A stretch of 63,920 bases of DNA, filler included, from Rhabdomonas costata (taxonomy: Eukaryota), in the NCBI GenBank assembly GCA_019059605.1. It is 38 parts of 38 records of this genome, joined end to end, with 100 filler letters (N's around TTAATTAATTAA, not from the genome) between each part and the next. Parts side by side here need not be neighbours in the genome. Positions count along the whole stretch, not along the records: positions 52,230 to 53,815 come from JAHMHO010012588.1; positions 53,916 to 55,499 come from JAHMHO010012589.1; positions 55,600 to 57,180 come from JAHMHO010012590.1; positions 57,281 to 58,861 come from JAHMHO010012591.1; positions 58,962 to 60,552 come from JAHMHO010012592.1; positions 60,653 to 62,236 come from JAHMHO010012593.1; positions 62,337 to 63,920 come from JAHMHO010012594.1; 31 more parts are not named here. One strand, 5' to 3'. The notes beneath the pieces are model-generated. The model had not been told where the DNA came from. It did no database searches and worked only from the letters and a program-made list of their open reading frames with translations. The translations under genes and the position numbers were made by a program. Positions 52,230-63,876 of the stretch are shown here, one piece after another; position 1 is the stretch's first letter; every line of letters begins with the position of its first letter.

Positions 52230-53815
52230 TCCGACTGGGTGCACGTCTGTGTCGCGCAGATGGTGGAGGAGGCCTTGCTGGAGTACCCGCTGGGGCAGGC
52301 GTAGCTGCTGCTGCCACACGTCGGGTTAGCTGTGTGTATGCATATGTTGGGTGATGGATGGGCATCTTGAGAAGGATTTGCCCACAACACATACATACGG
52401 CTACATAGATGCAGCTCATAGAGACAACTCATACAGCTTCGGGACCACCCCTTCGCTCTGAAAGAAGGCCTGCATCAAACATAGGAAAAGAAGATCAAGC
52501 AGAAACGACTCCTCGATCTCTCTCAAAACAATGCACTTACGCTTGTGGACAACATCAACATCCACTCGTTCTTTTGGCCAACATCAAACCCGAACCCCGA
52601 TGGAACTCGAACGCTATCTTGTCCGGCGGCACAGTTCACCTGTTTCACTGCTTCTATAATGAACCCGGTCGTCATAAAGACAGAAGTTTTCCTAATCCTG
52701 CCTCCACCGGCGGCGGCATCCAGCAGCTGTACAACCCCACCGGGTCTCCGACACGACGAACTCTTTGAGGCGCAGGCCGCGGAAAGAGGGGAACTCTCCA
52801 ATGCCTTGCTGCACTGCTTCCCTTGATCCTGGACACTGCGCTACTGCACAGCGCCCAAGGGTCAAGGTAACAAGGTAATAGCCCGGTAGGGGGGGGGGGC
52901 CTAGGTTATAATAGCACTTCTAACCTCACAAGGCGTCCCCTGCACTCACCCTCTCTAAAAGGGGGAGACCACTTCTTCAAAATTGAAAGCCAAAAAATCG
53001 TTTTTCCTGGCTGGCACAGAGTTTTGTTCCTGCGACTTCGTGGCTGTAATCCGAGAGAAACTTATGTGGTCGTACACCTAAACCTCGGGTTTCTTTCGCT
53101 TTCTACTTGTGTGAGAACCACTGCTGTAATTACAGTTTCAATTTCCTCGTGGCGAAAAGAAAACAGCATAAAAAACAGCTGTAAGAGAACAGACCACTTC
53201 GGTCGGGAAGAAAAACAACCATAATTAGTGCAAAATTACACAATTTTTGAGCAAATGGGCACACTCTACTAGCTAGTAGACTGCAGTCAACACCGATAAC
53301 AAAGTTGCAGAGAAGAAACTATTCACATTTCTGCGCTAAAGAGCTGTTACGGGTTGGGGTAGGGTTTGAGCGGGGCACTCCGAGTTTCGGAGAACCCGCC
53401 CGCGAGCACAGGTCCGACGGGGCCAGATCGCGAAACGCGAGTCCCACTGTTAAAAAAGTGAGGCAATTTGCACGCCAGCCTTGAACAGCATTAAACAGAA
53501 AAAGTAATTGTTGAAACCACTTCCGCCCCAACGAGTTTAAACCCAGACATCCTAGACCCAGACATCCTAGAGGTGCTTTTTGTCCCCGTTTTTGCCGGTT
53601 ATTTCGAAACCGGGTAACACGAAACACATCAGCACAAAGCGTGAAGGCGTAAAGAGAGGATCCTGAAAAAACCTGGAGCTGGACACGACGAGCTCACCCA
53701 CGCCCAGCCCGAAGTGCACGTTCCCGAGGACGGGCCAGTCGACGTTCCAGTCTTGCACGTCGAGGACGACCCGCACCACCCACAGCTGCTCGCCGCCGTG
53801 CATGACGAGCACGTG
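52230..53815 (-). CDS. Cys-rich extracellular protein with PSI domain and Cys repeats (partial exons)
   Basis: 53815-53698: TCSSCTAASSCGWCGSSSTCKTGTSTGPSSGTCTSGWAW|GTGAGC. 52329-52230: NPTCGSSSYACPSGYSSKASSTICATQTCTQS. A possible middle exon lies near 52540-52840. Confidence 0.7.
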
Positions 53816-53943
53816 NNNNNNNNNNNNNNNNNNNNNNNNNNNNNNNNNNNNNNNNNNNNTTAATTAATTAANNNNNNNNNNNNNNNNNNNNNNNNNNNNN
53901 NNNNNNNNNNNNNNNGGGTGTTGTGGGGCGGGGGGCTGCTCAG

Positions 53944-55244
53944 GGCAGCGGAGCAGCTAGTCGGCCTCGCAATGCCCTCGGGCTCAGAGGAGGAGGAGGG
54001 CCCCACGGTGCTGTGCACCGGTACTGAGTTCCTGGATGCCCGTGAGCAGGACGTTTACACGCTGGCTAAGGCCCTATTTGACTTGAAGGAGTATCTCAGG
54101 TGCCCTTTCTTCCACCCCGAAACATTAATCAACGTTAATGTTGTGGAAAAAGATATCGCTGTGCGATGTGGTGTTGGAACTTCTGTGCCTCTTGTTTTCC
54201 CTCATAGAATATTTTTCCTCTTGATTTTTCCGTCGTTTGTGACCCTTTTCCCGCGTCCCGCGTGGCAGGGCGTGGCACTTGCTCTCCAAGGCGCGATCAG
54301 CGAAGAACCGGTTCCTGAAGTGCTACGCTCTTTACTTGGCATGCCGCCCATATCGGCTTTCTGCCAGTCTTATTGCTTTCTTCCTTATTCCTTTCATTTC
54401 TCACCATGTGTTCCATTTTAAGGTTGCCTGCCAAAACAGGTGTGTGAAGAAACAAAATGAGTACTGCTGGCCACCTACGATGTTGTCTCCACTTCCGCGT
54501 TTTCAATTTCTCCCCAGTCACTGTTTTCTCTGATTCCGTAACAATTCTTGCCCTCCGCTCACTGCGTTGACCACCCTTTGAATTTATCTCCCACTTTTTC
54601 TTTGCTGTTCTGCGTTCTCCCTTACGCTGGACAGTTTTTTCCCCGCAGAACTCTTCCCTCGGGTTGATGAGCACTCAAGTTTCCCAACACCATCTTTGTC
54701 TGGGTGGGCATAGGCCGGGGAGAAGCGCAAGGAGGAGGAGTCCTTGGAGCAAGCCGGTGTGCAGACAGCGATTAAATGAGAACAGTTCCCAAACGATAGC
54801 AAACGGTGTAGGCGTTCCAGGACCAGTGTTTTCCATTAGCCAGATTGCTTGTGTGGTCTGTCCAAATGTGCATTCCGTGTGTTTGCAAGATTGGTGCACA
54901 TTTTTTCCCTGAATTGCTAATTAAGATTTTACGAGGGCCGCTCGAGAAGGGGAGCATCAGCAGGTGCAACAGCTTATACGCCTTTTAATTTCGCTTCAGC
55001 TCCGCAAAAGTATGGCCATGATAAGTCCAGAGCTTTGCAAGAAACGGCTAAGTGCGGTTTTGGACAAGAGATATTCTGAGCACCTTACCGTTGGTGCTCC
55101 CATTGTTTGTATCTGTCTCGAACCCTTTTGTGCAGGTAGTGAGGTGTCAGCCTCTCTTGTCGTGAACCCCCGACTGGAGGAGTTGTTCAAAGACCTGCAG
55201 CTGATGCACGAGCGGAACCAGATGGATCCCTTCTTCTACTACTT
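53944..55244 (+). CDS. CDC23: Anaphase-promoting complex subunit 8, N-terminal exons
   Basis: Exons 53944-54099, 54269-54338, 54714-54756 and 55136-55244: AAEQLVGL...YTLAKALFDLKEYLRAWHLL...FLKCYALYL|AGEKRKEEE...VNPRL...DPFFYYL. Confidence 0.93.
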
Positions 55245-55760
55245 GTTAGTCTCATTACTTTCTCTGCGTGTGCGTGTGCCCGGGTGGCTCTCCTTTGGTA
55301 CTGCCTCTCCCCTACGTATTTTTATTCCGCACCGTTTCAGTCTTCATCTGCGACCCTCCGCCTCCGCGTCGATGTATCATCTGGAATTTTACTCCCTATG
55401 TGTCCACTCGCTGATTGCACACACACACACACACAAACATACACAGACACCACAGCAGCCCCACCCGTTTGCGGCTCACCCAGCATCACCCCCACCAACN
55501 NNNNNNNNNNNNNNNNNNNNNNNNNNNNNNNNNNNNNNNNNNNTTAATTAATTAANNNNNNNNNNNNNNNNNNNNNNNNNNNNNNNNNNNNNNNNNNNNG
55601 GGTGGTCCCCTGCAGGGCTCTAAGCTGATCGTATCCTTTTATTGATCTCTCAGGGGGTTAGGAGGCGATGCACGTGTCCCCTAAAAATCCTTTTTCAGTA
55701 TGCTGGGGAATACATTTCCGACTGTAGAAAAATGAAGGGGCGAAAAAAGGGGAAGCAAAC

Positions 55761-56770
55761 CATGTCGTTCTCGGAGTACACAAAGAACTCAAAGCTGTCC
55801 AGGTTCTCAGCAATGGCGCGGCGAGACATCCTGAACAGCTCGTACCCGATGCTGGGCGGGAAGGCCTGCATCACCACCTCGGCAGAGCCGTTGAGGCGCC
55901 TGCAGTGCAACGCCTGCCGGACCAGCTCCTCTAGCGGCTGTAGAGGGGAGACCTGTGAAACCCCGACTCCCCTGCTTTGCCAGCAAATGTGGTGCGGAAG
56001 TGCCACTTGAAGCCCTAGGCAAGCGCAGTGTTCATCTAGGGGGTTGTGCCCCCCATGAGTGCAGGTGTGCCTAAAAAGGGGAGTAGAGGGGTACATTCTC
56101 ACAGGATGTCCTGCAGGCGGCAACCGTGTGTCGAAATGGCACAAAGCAGAAGAAAAAGGATTGGCAGAGAGAATGCTCCGATGGAAAATAAAACAGAAAA
56201 GGAGGGATTAATGCTTTTCGTGACCGAGTATTCAAAAACCAAAAAATATCCACAATGTATTGACAATTTTTTGCATCGACGATTTTTCCAATTAGTAAAT
56301 GCATTGCAAACAAAAACGAAGGGATCACAAATTAATGTGAGCAACAGAAAAAGAGAGCTGAACTGCGTGGTCAACCCCGCAAAGTCCTAGGAATAGGCCC
56401 AAAAAAGACGGTAAAGAAAGAAACACGGATGGGATGAAAGAACTCCACCGATACTCCCTCCCTTCACATGCACTACCGCCGTCAGGATGACCACTCTCAA
56501 GGTCCACCCGAACTCGCACATCTCCGCCGCGGCCCTGAGCTGTGCCACCATCAGGCTCAGCTGGCTGCGGTCGTAGCAGTTCACAACGTATAGCAGGCGC
56601 ACTCGGGTGGCGTCGGGCGGAACTTGATGCAGCGCAGAGCTGCGGCAGGGCAAGCGGTTGATCAGGCCGGCGACCTCGCGGTGCAGCGAGAGGTCCGGGG
56701 GCCACACCTGGGTGGGTGAGCGGGTGCCCATACACTGCAGCCAAGGTTCCACTTGGCGATCATAAAACGA
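55761..56770 (-). CDS. Hypothetical protein, possibly glycosyltransferase-like
   Basis: Phase-0 exons 56770-56477 and 55952/55937-55761, ending in LDSFEFFVYSENDM (hydrophobic strand plus ExD-like motif). Confidence 0.5.
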
Positions 56771-57417
56771 CTGCAGATTCAATTCGTAATTAATGGTGTT
56801 GTTTGATCGTTTGATGATAACCACCACAACGGGTTGACAGTACTCTGAGTGTTTGGGAAAGGATGGCGGGACTTCGAGCCTACGAGCGAGCCACGAAAAC
56901 GCGAAACTGATCGCGTACCAGAAAATTCTGATAGATTGCCAGAAAATGGCCTGATCAACGTTGTATTCGGTTGTCAGCCCCATCAGCCATTAATGGTACC
57001 CAAAATGGAAGCTAAGCAAACACAAAGCAAGGATGCTTACATTGAGTTGTAGCACAGCACATACGCACACGCGGTTAAGGTTGTGGGGGTCAATGAGGCT
57101 GTCTCTGGTGCTACGATGTGCCACCACATCGAGTAGCCCGGTAGGTGCCCAAGCTCAATATTGGAGTGCGTGGCTGATTTNNNNNNNNNNNNNNNNNNNN
57201 NNNNNNNNNNNNNNNNNNNNNNNNTTAATTAATTAANNNNNNNNNNNNNNNNNNNNNNNNNNNNNNNNNNNNNNNNNNNNGGGGTGGGGTTATCCCGGCT
57301 GCATTTTCAGACTCTCCAGCTAAAATCAGACGATTTCCACTTTAACGCCACACGGGCAGCTGCTGAACGTTATGTGTGTTGCAGTTTGCTCCATACGGAT
57401 GGGGGTGGATACTTCAG

Positions 57418-58843
57418 GTGTTGTGTCAATGCCTCGTCGCGTTGATGCTTCTTCGCCCGGGTGGGGTCTTCGTGTGCAAGTTTTACGACTTATTCACCCC
57501 GTTCACCGTCGGGCTGGTGCGTTTGCACTTCTCACAGTTTTCCTCATACTTTCCCAGCCATTCCAGAGTCTCTGTCACTTCCGATGAGCGCAATTTCAGC
57601 AAAGGGCGAGGGGGACGTAGGTGTTGCAGGACACCACAACCAACCGTGGACGTCAGACGTCCCCCCTTTCTCCTTCTCTGGTTTTTTGTATTTCATAATT
57701 GTGGTCTCCCGTCGACTCCCCCGTCGTTGGTTCGGCGTGTATTCTTCATTCCCTCCCGTTTTCGTTGCCCCGCCTCCCCCTCTTTTGACAGGTGTACTTC
57801 ATGTGTCGGCACTTTCGGAGGATGACCATTGTCAAGCCTTTGACTTCGCGGCCGTCTAATTCGGAGAGGTGTGACAATCGTACCAAACAATACCGCCCAG
57901 GGAAAAATAGATTGGGGAAGTAAATAAGACAAAGATGAGGACAAGGAAAAGTTTTCCGCAGCCACTTTCCAGGCCTTTTTTCTTCTTGGGGCCTTTTTCA
58001 CCTGATTCCCAACCAGAATTCCCCACCTGATTCCCCACTTGATTTTTTCTATTTTCCCTGGACGGTATTTCAGGCTACTGTTAAAAAAATGGTAAAAAAG
58101 CGCTTAGTTTACTTTCTTTGTATTGTGTGGTAGTGGTAATCCTGCAATAGGTACGTCTGCTTCGATGAGTTCCTGTGTGCCTCGCCTCCGTCCGCCGCAG
58201 TATCCTACTTGAGTCAAGTGAATGAACTTCTGGCAGAGCTGAACTCCGGTCGTGTGGACCCGCTGGTTGACCCCCCCCCGATCCCAGGGTGGCTTTCCTA
58301 TCAGCACATTCCCATTGTGGATACGTACTTGAGCGGGTTCGGTGGTAATCGACAAAGGCTTCATTGCAGCAATTGCAGCAGCTCCAAAAAGGTTGAGATC
58401 GAGCACAGAGCCAAAGTGAACCACAACAATATCACCATGTGGCACGTGACCAGCGAAGTCCCCGTTTTTTCCGCTTCGGCAGACTCAGTGCAGCACGGCC
58501 ACCGCCTTCCTTTTGTTGTGATCCTAACGTGTTATACATTGAGCGTCATCTTGCAATATTGCCTGTACAACGCGCGGCATTGCCGAATCATTGGCGGTGC
58601 CAACCCTGATGAAATGAAGCATGCCATTTCTGGTGACCGAAAACATTGCGTCGAGCGCGTTGATTGGCCTGCAAACTCTGTGGTTTCCTTCATAGGTGTA
58701 CTTTCACGTGTTAGGTAGAACTGTTCCTCTGCTCCTCTCCTCGCTCTTCCTTCTGTCTTCCTCCACAGGCTGCCACCCCGGCGACCTCTCCGGATAGCCC
58801 CGGTGCCGCAGCTGCATCGGAGCGCAAGACCGTTTTGTCTTTG
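57418..58843 (+). CDS. CMTR1: Cap-specific mRNA 2'-O-methyltransferase 1 (FtsJ-like), internal exons
   Basis: Exons 57418-57516, 57792-57868, 58151-58265 and 58769-58843: [32 protein letters not shown]...[16 protein letters not shown]. Confidence 0.92.
57891..58067. mobile_element. MITE-like element in a CMTR1 intron
   Basis: TA-CCGCCCAGGGAAAAATAG ... CTATTTTCCCTGGACGG-TA: imperfect terminal inverted repeats flanked by TA, with internal CACCTGATTCCC sub-repeats. Confidence 0.55.
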
Positions 58844-59479
58844 GTAAGAAACCACCAAAACNNNNNNNNNNNNNNNNNNNNNNNNNNNNNNNNNNNNNNN
58901 NNNNNTTAATTAATTAANNNNNNNNNNNNNNNNNNNNNNNNNNNNNNNNNNNNNNNNNNNNTGTGTTGTGTGTGCTTGGGTGGTTTTGGGCTGAAAACAG
59001 TCCAGATTTTCTATGGATTTTTTATACAGTTTTTGCGGCCCGATTTTCTTCTGGAAACGCATTTTTTTTTTTGCATTTTGCATTTTATAGAGGAGGGCAC
59101 AGACCGGGGGGTTGGTTAACTTTGCCAGGTCCCCTAACTCGCATTCTTTTAGAAAGAGAGGGGTTTGGTATGCTTTGCCACGCGCCCCACTCTTGGCGAG
59201 TATTGGTCCAGGGTCTTGGACGGCGATCCGCGGGGAGGGTCCTGTAATGGTTTGGTCGAGAGTTGTTCTCTTGTGCAGTTGCCTTTTGTTTGCGTTCACT
59301 TCCTTCCGCAGATCTCCGCGAAAAAGCAACCATGGTCTTCTTTTCATTGATGCCGTCTTTTTAATCTGTTTTCCCCCATCCCCACACATACACGTGCTTT
59401 CTTTTGGTTTCTCTCCTCCTCATCTTTTCGGGTGAAGCTGAGTTGTTCTCTTTGCTCCAGACAGGCTGAAATACTAAAA

Positions 59480-60311
59480 ATGAGTGCTGTGCAGGACAGC
59501 CGCTGTGCTACGGCTGTGGGCCTGCTCTTGTGGATGTTCCTAGACTTCACAGTGGCTGTTGTTCAAAGTGAGCTCTTTGTGTGTTGCTGCTTTGAATTCG
59601 GAAAAACCCGCAAACTCCATGCGGATGAGAAGTTGAAAGTTAAGGGCAGTGTCCGAGTCGCCAGTTTCACTATTTAGTTAATTACTGCTGCGATGCCTGC
59701 GGATTCGCCCCCCCCCCCTCCGTGTTTTGCCTTTCCAACGTTGCTTCCCAACCATTTTGGTTCACGTCCGCCAGGCTTTTATTACTGAGGAGTGGAATCA
59801 CTCCTCTGCCGAGTAGTTTGTTTGAAATGGGGTTTTAAAAAATGGTGTGGGGAGTCCCAGCGACCCTCCTTCCCGCAGGCCCACGGGAAACATTTCAGCA
59901 GGGTTTCAAGTTGATACAGAAAGCCAGAGACACAAACCTAAAAGGAAAAGTTTGGAAAGAATGACAGATGACATGACAAACTGAGACGGCCTTTTCTTTT
60001 CTTCGCAGCAACGATAAGTGGCTACACCACCAATCCCAACCCGGCGGTGACCGGTATTCCCGTGTCCCTGAACTTCACCGGTACCGGCCTGGTGACGGGA
60101 CCCGGCAAGGATGGTGTGAAAGTGGTGACGGACTCCTCCTGCGCGGGCACCACGCTGGCCCTGGGGACTCAGTCGGTAAACACTCTGAACGGCCCCGGAT
60201 CCACCTCCAGCAGTGTGGCCTTCACCTTCGGGCAGGGCGGGACGTTCCTGGTTTGCTACCTGTTCAGCGGGACCTCGGCGTACATCCAGTTGAGCTCCGT
60301 CGTGGTTGAAG
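59480..60311 (+). CDS. Surface protein: signal peptide plus Thr/Gly-rich beta-sandwich (Ig-like) module
   Basis: Exons 59480-59567 and 60009-60311, phase 1 and in frame: ...PVSLNFTGTGL...DGVKVV..SSC...FTF..GGTFLVCY. Confidence 0.7.
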
Positions 60312-60388
60312 GTATGTGTGATGGCTTCCGTTTGGGAGCCAGAATTTCAGAATTGAGTCATATAGTCAGTTCTCAGAACCCTGAACTG

Positions 60389-60421
60389 AGTGAGTGAGTG
60401 TGAGTGTGTATGTGTGTGTGT

Positions 60422-60458
<37 letters not shown>
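60389..60458. repeat. (GT)n/(GAGT)n microsatellite
   Basis: Read directly. Similar GT/CA/GC tracts occur near 13193-13231, 22730-22750, 49716-49750 and 63023-63080. Confidence 0.9.
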
Positions 60459-60459
<1 letters not shown>

Positions 60460-63385
60460 TTGCTTCCTAGAGCCATGTTCAGCGTTCTCATGAAATTCTG
60501 AAATTCTGGCTCCCAAACGGAAGCCATCACACATACCTTCAACCACACCACANNNNNNNNNNNNNNNNNNNNNNNNNNNNNNNNNNNNNNNNNNNNTTAA
60601 TTAATTAANNNNNNNNNNNNNNNNNNNNNNNNNNNNNNNNNNNNNNNNNNNNTGTTTTTGGGCTTTTCAAATTTGCGCGTCCGCCGCTGGCGATGTATTG
60701 ATCGCCCGGGGATGTTCTGTCTGCTGAACCGCCGCGTTGGCACCCGGGCATGCCCTATATTGGTGCTGTGGTTTGTTAACCATATGTTTGTATTTGCATT
60801 TTGGATGAACGTGGGCGATGCTCCCATAGACTTTTATGGCACGATCAAGTACCGTTCTGGAACGTGTTCTACATGTTCACGTCAGGTGGGTTCCGGTGGA
60901 AGCGAGTTCGAGCGGCTGTGTCAGCTGCAAGAAGATCCCTGAGCGAGATGCTCGCTACGCTTGGGGCGTCGCCCAATCGGGGTGACACCCCCCCTCTTCC
61001 CTTCCAATTCAAAATGACAGGTAGTACCACCTTTCTGATAAGTTGTTCAAGCATGTGCTTGTGGAAGAAAGCAATTATGTCTGTTTGCTATTTCCCTCCT
61101 CTTTGCTGGTTTTTCTCGCCAACTTCGCCCCCTATCAAAACGAACCGCCTGTGTCACAACTGGATTGCACGCCTGAGTGCTATCGGGGGGGGTCTGGTGG
61201 GGGATGCAGGTGAAAATCACATGACGTTTCTCGTCGTGCATGACAGTTCTTCTCTCTGTGCCTCTTGCGTGCGGAAAGTCTCCTTTTGTTGCTTTGTTTC
61301 CACGCCTCCTCCTTTTGGGATTCTGTGGGCTTTCTATGTGTGTTGCGAATGTTTTGTACGTTGAAGTGTAAACATTCGGTTTGCGGCGCCAGGTGCACCC
61401 TTTGGACAGAGTGTGGCCGACTGTGTACATCACTGCCGTGACCCCAGCGAATTACTTGTCTGAGAGATGGGCTGTTTTGGCCGTTGAGGGCTTCTCACTG
61501 AGGATCGATATAGTGAGATAATCAAGAAAACACCGGAAGGCATCCTGTACAAATGAGGACAAGTGTTTCGCCCTATGACCCCATCCAGAGTTTAAAACCC
61601 TTTGCCTCGTTACACTGGTGACACTTGGGATGTCGACTTTTGGACAAGTTAGCTTCTGCCGTTGAGATTCGTTTCCCGAGAAACGGATGTGATCACTAAC
61701 ACACTGGTTTTCCTCGTGACACTGCGTGCGCTTCTCTCCTTATGGCCTCCTACAGAGCTACTGTTCTGCTTGCACGTGCCTTTAACACCCACTCTCAGCC
61801 CTAACCCTTCTCTCCCCAAAGCCCCTTCTTTCACATCATTTTGACTGCGCCCCCTGGTGGAATGGAACCCCGGTTCTTTCCGTTTCTCGCCATTCTGGTG
61901 ATCTTGTGCCTTCTTTGTGTGGAGGGTGACGACGGGTGATTCCGGTGCACGTTAAGTGTATGTGAACTATACAATATCTTTCATCATCGCTTTGTCCGAA
62001 CTATGTCACTTTGTCCCGCCAAAGTTGCCCAGTTGGACCCACTCTAAGTAAGGAAATCATGCCGCGGCTGGAGTATCACGCGGCAAAGAGCAGGCCTACC
62101 CCGAAAATGGACTATCCATTTCCATTTCCAGTTGTCTTCCAATCGTTCTTACTGCTTAAGACGGTCCAGTACGGGCTGAGTTGTGTGCGGGTAAACACAC
62201 TTGCACTCTGCCCCCACCAACCAAACACACCACACANNNNNNNNNNNNNNNNNNNNNNNNNNNNNNNNNNNNNNNNNNNNTTAATTAATTAANNNNNNNN
62301 NNNNNNNNNNNNNNNNNNNNNNNNNNNNNNNNNNNNTTTGTTTTGGTTTCTTTTCGATTGGCCGGTTTGCGGCTGTCTGTGCAACCTTCCTGTTTTGGTG
62401 ACGCCCTGCGGCAAGACTTTTGTTTGCTTTCCAGATTACTTGACTTCTGAAGTATGATTGCAATCCGTTCCATGCACCTCGCAGACTGACGCACCACCTA
62501 AAGAACGCCTTCAGAACGAATCTTATTCAGGCTTGTTGAAAGGACTGCGCGCGTCCAACGAGACCAAGCGACACTTTACATTTCGCCCAAACGTGTCGCC
62601 ATGGAATCCTGGACTCTGTTGCGTTGGACGTGTTCTTTATTATTGTACATGGCGAGCGAAGACGGCACTGAACAAAACGGGGACACCTTTTTCCAGCTCA
62701 AATGTTTGATATGGGTGGGGCCATCACTTGGTGGGGAAACTCCTCCCCCCCTGCCCGCACACACAACCAACCTCTTTTCACCCCCCAAACCCTTCAAGGC
62801 GAAGGCGCACAATTGTCCTTCTCGCTGTTCACAATTTTCCCAGCCCTGAGCGAGAGAGCGTGCCCAAGGATCCCTGGGTTACCATTTAATGTTTCCACCC
62901 CCCCCCTTCGGTTCCCGTTTGTTTTTGGGGGCCGTTTAGGTGAGCTCGGCGTTTGCCCGCTCCGTTCGTGAAGTGAACGTCCAGCGCTGCCAGGGCTACC
63001 TCGATCAGCTCCCTACTTTGAAGTGTGTGTGTGTGTGCGTGCGTGCGTGCGCGCGCGTGTGCGTGAGTGCGTGCGTGCGCGGGCACCTTCTGCGTTCGCT
63101 GCGTTGAGTTGGATGCTATCGCATTTTCAAGCCACGGTCTCACAACACACTTACGTGGTAGTGGTTAATATTTATGAGCCTTTTTTTTTCACAGTAGTGG
63201 ACACTGTTTACGCCCTAGATCCTGCATTCTGCGTTCAAGTGGACACTCCCCACTCTCGTCAAGGATAACTGCGTATCCGCTCCATACAGCACACGACGTT
63301 GGGCTGGACGCGGAGTGGATGGGAGCGCTCGGGCGCATCGTGGGCTGGGAATTGGGGCGATGGGGGATCTTGTCACAGGGCACAG

Positions 63386-63876
63386 TACACCTTCCCGAAG
63401 GTCGACATCGATGTGCTGATCACCAAGGCGGACGTGTATGAGCTCCGCAACATGGAGACCGTTCCCGAGCCGGTCCTGCGCGCCTCCTACTTCTTCTGCG
63501 CCTTTCCTCGGCGGCCATCCCACGCTTTGATTCTGCTTTCAGACACAATTCTATTTTTGGACGACTCCGTATATCCTGATGCTTGGGCTCACACCCGCTG
63601 ATTCGCCATTTTCTTCAAGAACCATCACTGCGTCCGTACCCCTTCCCAGACACCTGATACTTCACCCCTACTCGCCCGAATGCTCGCTTCTCCAACATTC
63701 AGGTGGTGCTAGTGGGGCAGGCCATTGTGACGATTCTGCGTCCCAAGAACGTCGCCAGCTGGTCCAGCTTCCGCAACCTCCTCGGTGACGCCAGCTTCGT
63801 GCCCAACCTGAAGCGCTTCAACCCAGCATCCCTGGCTGAGCTTCCGGAGCGCGCCCTGGTCCGGCTGCACAGGCTG
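63386..63876 (+). CDS. Protein with dynein microtubule-binding-domain (MTBD)-like region
   Basis: Exons ~63386-63472 and 63703-63876: ITKADVYELRNMETVPEP|VVLVGQAIVTIL...SWSSFRNLLGDASFVPNLKRFN follows the MTBD pattern K.DI.EL+...P..V..V..A+..L...W......L.D..F+..L..F. Confidence 0.65.

Noticed and set aside
53541-53570. 15-bp direct duplication ACCCAGACATCCTAG x2
   Set aside because: Simple local slippage in an intron, not seen elsewhere.
1588-62336. Regularly spaced TTAATTAATTAA palindromes as a biological periodic element
   Set aside because: Always embedded in N runs of fixed length; this is an assembly linker.
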